A DNA stretch of 44,465 bases from Actinomycetota bacterium. Lineage in GTDB: Bacteria; Actinomycetota; Thermoleophilia; Gaiellales; Gaiellaceae. Location: NCBI GenBank assembly GCA_046729215.1, contig JBKPGE010000076.1, forward strand, positions 1-44,465, read 5' to 3'. Within the stretch, counting starts at the first letter, position 1. The number at the start of each line of letters is the position of its first letter. Position numbers and translations under genes: made by a program. This document shows positions 42,280 through 44,465 of this stretch, piece by piece. The notes beneath the pieces were generated by a model that ran no database searches, was not told where the DNA came from, and saw only the letters and a program-made list of their open reading frames with translations.

Positions 42280-42912
42280 CTAAGCAGCCCATCTGTCTGC
42301 GGCGGTCTTGACCAGCAGGTAAGACGATGTCGCGCCCGGATCCTGGTGGCCGGCACTCCGCTCACCGAGGTAGCTCGCACGTCCCTTCTTGGCGACGAGC
42401 GGAGTGGTTGCCTCCATGCCTTCCTCGGCTGCCTTGGCCGACCTTCTGAGCGCATCCTCGAAGGATGCGCCCTCGGCCAAAGCCGCCGAGTAGGCATCTC
42501 TCGCCGGGATCAGAGCGTCGATCATCGTCTTGTCGCCGGGCTCCGCCTTGCCTCGCATCTCCACGCCCTTGACCGCCGCGTCGAGAGCCGCAGCCCAGTC
42601 TTCGGGCTCGAGCTCCGTCTTGCCGGCGGTCGCCATGCCCATCTGGAGGAACAACGTGCCGTAGAGGGGCCCTCCGGCGCCTCCCACGGTCGAGACGAGG
42701 GTCATGCCGACGGTCTTGAGCATGCCGCCGATGTCGTCCCCCTCCAGCCCGTCCAGCTTGGCGTGGACCGCTGTCATCCCTCGGTCCATGTTGATGCCGT
42801 GGTCGGCATCGCCGATCGCCGAGTCGAGGCGTGTGAGGTACTCCTTGTTCTCCCTGACGGTCGCGGAGAACGCCTCGACCCAGCCGAGCACCTGGGCATA
42901 CGGGATGCTCAC
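42280..42912 (-). CDS. dhaL: Dihydroxyacetone kinase ADP-binding subunit DhaL
   Basis: LDSAIGDADHGINM and GGAGGPLYG. GTG 42912 aligns with the usual DhaL N-terminus; the ORF is open to 42936. Confidence 0.9.
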   Translation of the reverse strand: MSIPYAQVLGWVEAFSATVRENKEYLTRLDSAIGDADHGINMDRGMTAVHAKLDGLEGDDIGGMLKTVGMTLVSTVGGAGGPLYGTLFLQMGMATAGKTELEPEDWAAALDAAVKGVEMRGKAEPGDKTMIDALIPARDAYSAALAEGASFEDALRRSAKAAEEGMEATTPLVAKKGRASYLGERSAGHQDPGATSSYLLVKTAADRWAA

Positions 42913-42923
42913 TCCGACGGCCT

Positions 42924-43925
42924 CTAGGCGCCCCACCGCAGTCCGGGCGTGTGGACCGGCGCGTCCCAGAGCCGGGTGAGCTCGTCATCGAGCTTGAGCA
43001 GGGTGATCGAGCAGCCGGCCATCTCGAGCGACGTGATGTAGGCACCGATCAGGTTACGCGTGATCTTGATGCCGCGCCCCTCGAGCAGCTTGTTGAGCTC
43101 GTCGTAGACGATGTAAAGCTCGATCTGGGGCGTCCCGCCCATGCTGTTGACGAACGCAAGGACCTCGTCGCCCTCTTCGAACGGGAGGTCTTCGATCACA
43201 GGCGTGGCCAGGCTCTCGACGATGTCGCTCGCGGGGGCGAGCTTCCGCCGCTCCCGTCCCGGCTCGCCATGGATGCCGATGCCGATCTCCATCTCGTCGT
43301 CACCGAGCTCGAAGGTCGGCGTTCCGGCCGCCGGGACGATGCACGACGTCAGCGCCATGCCCATGCTGCGACCGTTCGCGTTCACCTTCCCGCAGAGCTC
43401 GGCGACCTGTTGGAGCGACTGCTTCTCCTCCGCAGCTGCGCCGCAGATCTTCTCGGCGAGCACGGTGGTCCCTACTCCACGCCGGCCGGCCGTGTAGAGG
43501 CTGTCCTGGACGGCGACGTCGTCGTCGATCACGACCGCCTCCACCTCGATCCCTTCGCCGCGGGCGAGCTCGGCTGCCATCTCGAAGTTCATGACGTCGC
43601 CGGTGTAGTTCTTCACGATGTGGACGACGCCGGCACCGCCGTTGGCGGCCTTCGTCGCCTCCAGCATCTGATCCGGCGTCGGTGAGGTGAACACCTCGCC
43701 CGGACAGGCGGCATCGAGCATGCCCATGCCGACGAACCCGCCATGCATCGGCTCATGCCCCGAGCCGCCTCCGGAGACCAGGGCCACTTTGCCCTGCACC
43801 GGAGCATCCGCCCGAGCGACGTAGTTGGGTCCGAAGTTCACCTTGATGAGATCGGGGTGGGCTGCGGCCATCCCCTGGAGCGCCTCGGTGACGACGTCCT
43901 CAGGCTTGTTGATCAGCTTCTTCAC
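42924..43925 (-). CDS. dhaK: PTS-dependent dihydroxyacetone kinase, Dha-binding subunit DhaK
   Basis: [47 protein letters not shown] 43925 follows GGGGGTGAGG. Confidence 0.9.
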   Translation of the reverse strand: MKKLINKPEDVVTEALQGMAAAHPDLIKVNFGPNYVARADAPVQGKVALVSGGGSGHEPMHGGFVGMGMLDAACPGEVFTSPTPDQMLEATKAANGGAGVVHIVKNYTGDVMNFEMAAELARGEGIEVEAVVIDDDVAVQDSLYTAGRRGVGTTVLAEKICGAAAEEKQSLQQVAELCGKVNANGRSMGMALTSCIVPAAGTPTFELGDDEMEIGIGIHGEPGRERRKLAPASDIVESLATPVIEDLPFEEGDEVLAFVNSMGGTPQIELYIVYDELNKLLEGRGIKITRNLIGAYITSLEMAGCSITLLKLDDELTRLWDAPVHTPGLRWGA

Positions 43926-43946
43926 GTTGCCTCACCCCCTTTCAGG

Positions 43947-44465
43947 TCAGAAGATTCCAGCTATCCGGCCCAGGACCTCGAGGTTGCCGGTGCCGGGCGC
44001 GAAGAGCGCCTGATACGTGAGTGCCCCGAGCGAGCCCCCGATGAGCGGCCCCACCACAGGCACCCAGGCATAGTCCCAATCCGAGTCTCGCTTTCCCGGA
44101 ATCGGGAGTACCGCGTGGATGATCCGCGGCCCGAGGTCGCGGGCCGGATTGATCGCGTAGCCGGTGGGCCCGCCGAGCGAGAGCCCGATAACGAACACCA
44201 GCAGGCCGACCAGAAGCGGCACCAAGGCGCCGCCCAAAGCCGTCGCCAACACCGCCTCCCCGATGCCGCCCGAGACGTTGGCGGTGAAGTGCCCGACGAT
44301 GAAGAAGATTCCGAAGAGCAGCATGAACGTCCCGATGATCTCGGTCAGCAGGTTCTGGCCCTTGTTCCGGATCGCCGGAGCGGTCGAGAAGACGGCGAGC
44401 TTGAGGCCGGGGTCCTCCGTCTCTCGCCAGTGTGGTAGGTACGCGATGTAGACGAGGATCGCACC
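43947..44465 (-). CDS. glpF: MIP-family glycerol uptake facilitator (N-terminus outside window)
   Basis: GYAINPARDLGPR carries the second NPA box. The product is multi-TM, and the frame stays open to the window edge. Confidence 0.85.
   Translation of the reverse strand, partial: GAILVYIAYLPHWRETEDPGLKLAVFSTAPAIRNKGQNLLTEIIGTFMLLFGIFFIVGHFTANVSGGIGEAVLATALGGALVPLLVGLLVFVIGLSLGGPTGYAINPARDLGPRIIHAVLPIPGKRDSDWDYAWVPVVGPLIGGSLGALTYQALFAPGTGNLEVLGRIAGIF

Noticed and set aside
42104-42292. 62-aa minus-strand ORF in the dhaL-glpK spacer.
   Set aside because: It starts inside dhaL and has no SD, no motif and weak third-position bias.
1-44465. Many long ORFs in the track that lie antisense to, or out of frame with, the called genes. 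Examples: 591-1610+, 1582-2787+, 4322-5731+, 6129-7199-, 22094-23803+, 24120-25484+, 25491-27458+, 29121-31076+, 34955-36007+, 35139-36359-, 40973-42283+, 42951-43685+, 19671-20510+.
   Set aside because: These are typical high-GC shadow ORFs. Their translations are Arg/Pro/Gly/Ala-rich with no recognisable motifs. Each overlaps a gene with clear family signatures and correct third-position G/C bias.
1-44465. CRISPR arrays, tRNA/rRNA genes, transposases, integrases and prophage or defence islands.
   Set aside because: No spaced direct repeats, no tRNA-like T-loop/acceptor pattern in any intergenic gap, and no recombinase-like ORFs. The gene content is core metabolism with uniform composition.

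Overview
Very GC-rich, gene-dense chromosomal segment of actinobacterial type; third codon positions are almost all G/C. I call about 50 protein genes, most of them housekeeping. I found no rRNA, tRNA, CRISPR array, transposase or integrase.

Gene blocks, left to right:
- 1-9.4 kb: PKD protein fragment, stand-alone LigD polymerase domain, acyl-CoA dehydrogenase, a lipoprotein, a VOC / FAD-Rieske / amidase_2 operon, an amidohydrolase and an M20 peptidase.
- 9.5-11.7 kb: primary-like sigma-70 factor and a TPR protein.
- 11.6-15.5 kb: a complete, translationally coupled CysO-type cysteine operon (rhodanese-ThiF E1, CysO, CysM, Mec/JAMM) plus a sarcosine-oxidase-like flavoprotein.
- 15.5-17.2 kb: cupredoxin, membrane protein, orphan receiver domain and rpmB.
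- 17.2-26.6 kb, minus strand: priA-def-fmt-rsmB-rpe-ribD-ribE ... ribBA-ribH.
- 26.6-33.3 kb: ZIP transporter with a divergent DtxR-family regulator, metK, a DUF3352-like lipoprotein, an aldo/keto reductase and an SDR.
- 33.2-44.5 kb, minus strand: a glycerol super-cluster, glpF-dhaK-dhaL-glpK-(small + strand ORF)-glpA-glpB-glpC-dhaM/HPr/EI-pgsA.

Items most worth a second look:
- A 41-codon, highly acidic tandem-repeat ORF on the opposite strand inside the glycerol cluster.
- The architecture of the CysO operon: N-terminal rhodanese on the E1, a GG-Arg tail on the carrier, and the coupled flavoprotein.
- A DhaM-HPr-full Enzyme I fusion.
- A 340-nt convergent spacer after metK with three GTCNGAC-core palindromes.
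- Two apparent +1 frame breaks.
- Several genes whose only sensible starts are non-canonical or lie back-to-back with a divergent gene.

All functional calls come from reading motifs in the supplied translations. No database search was run.
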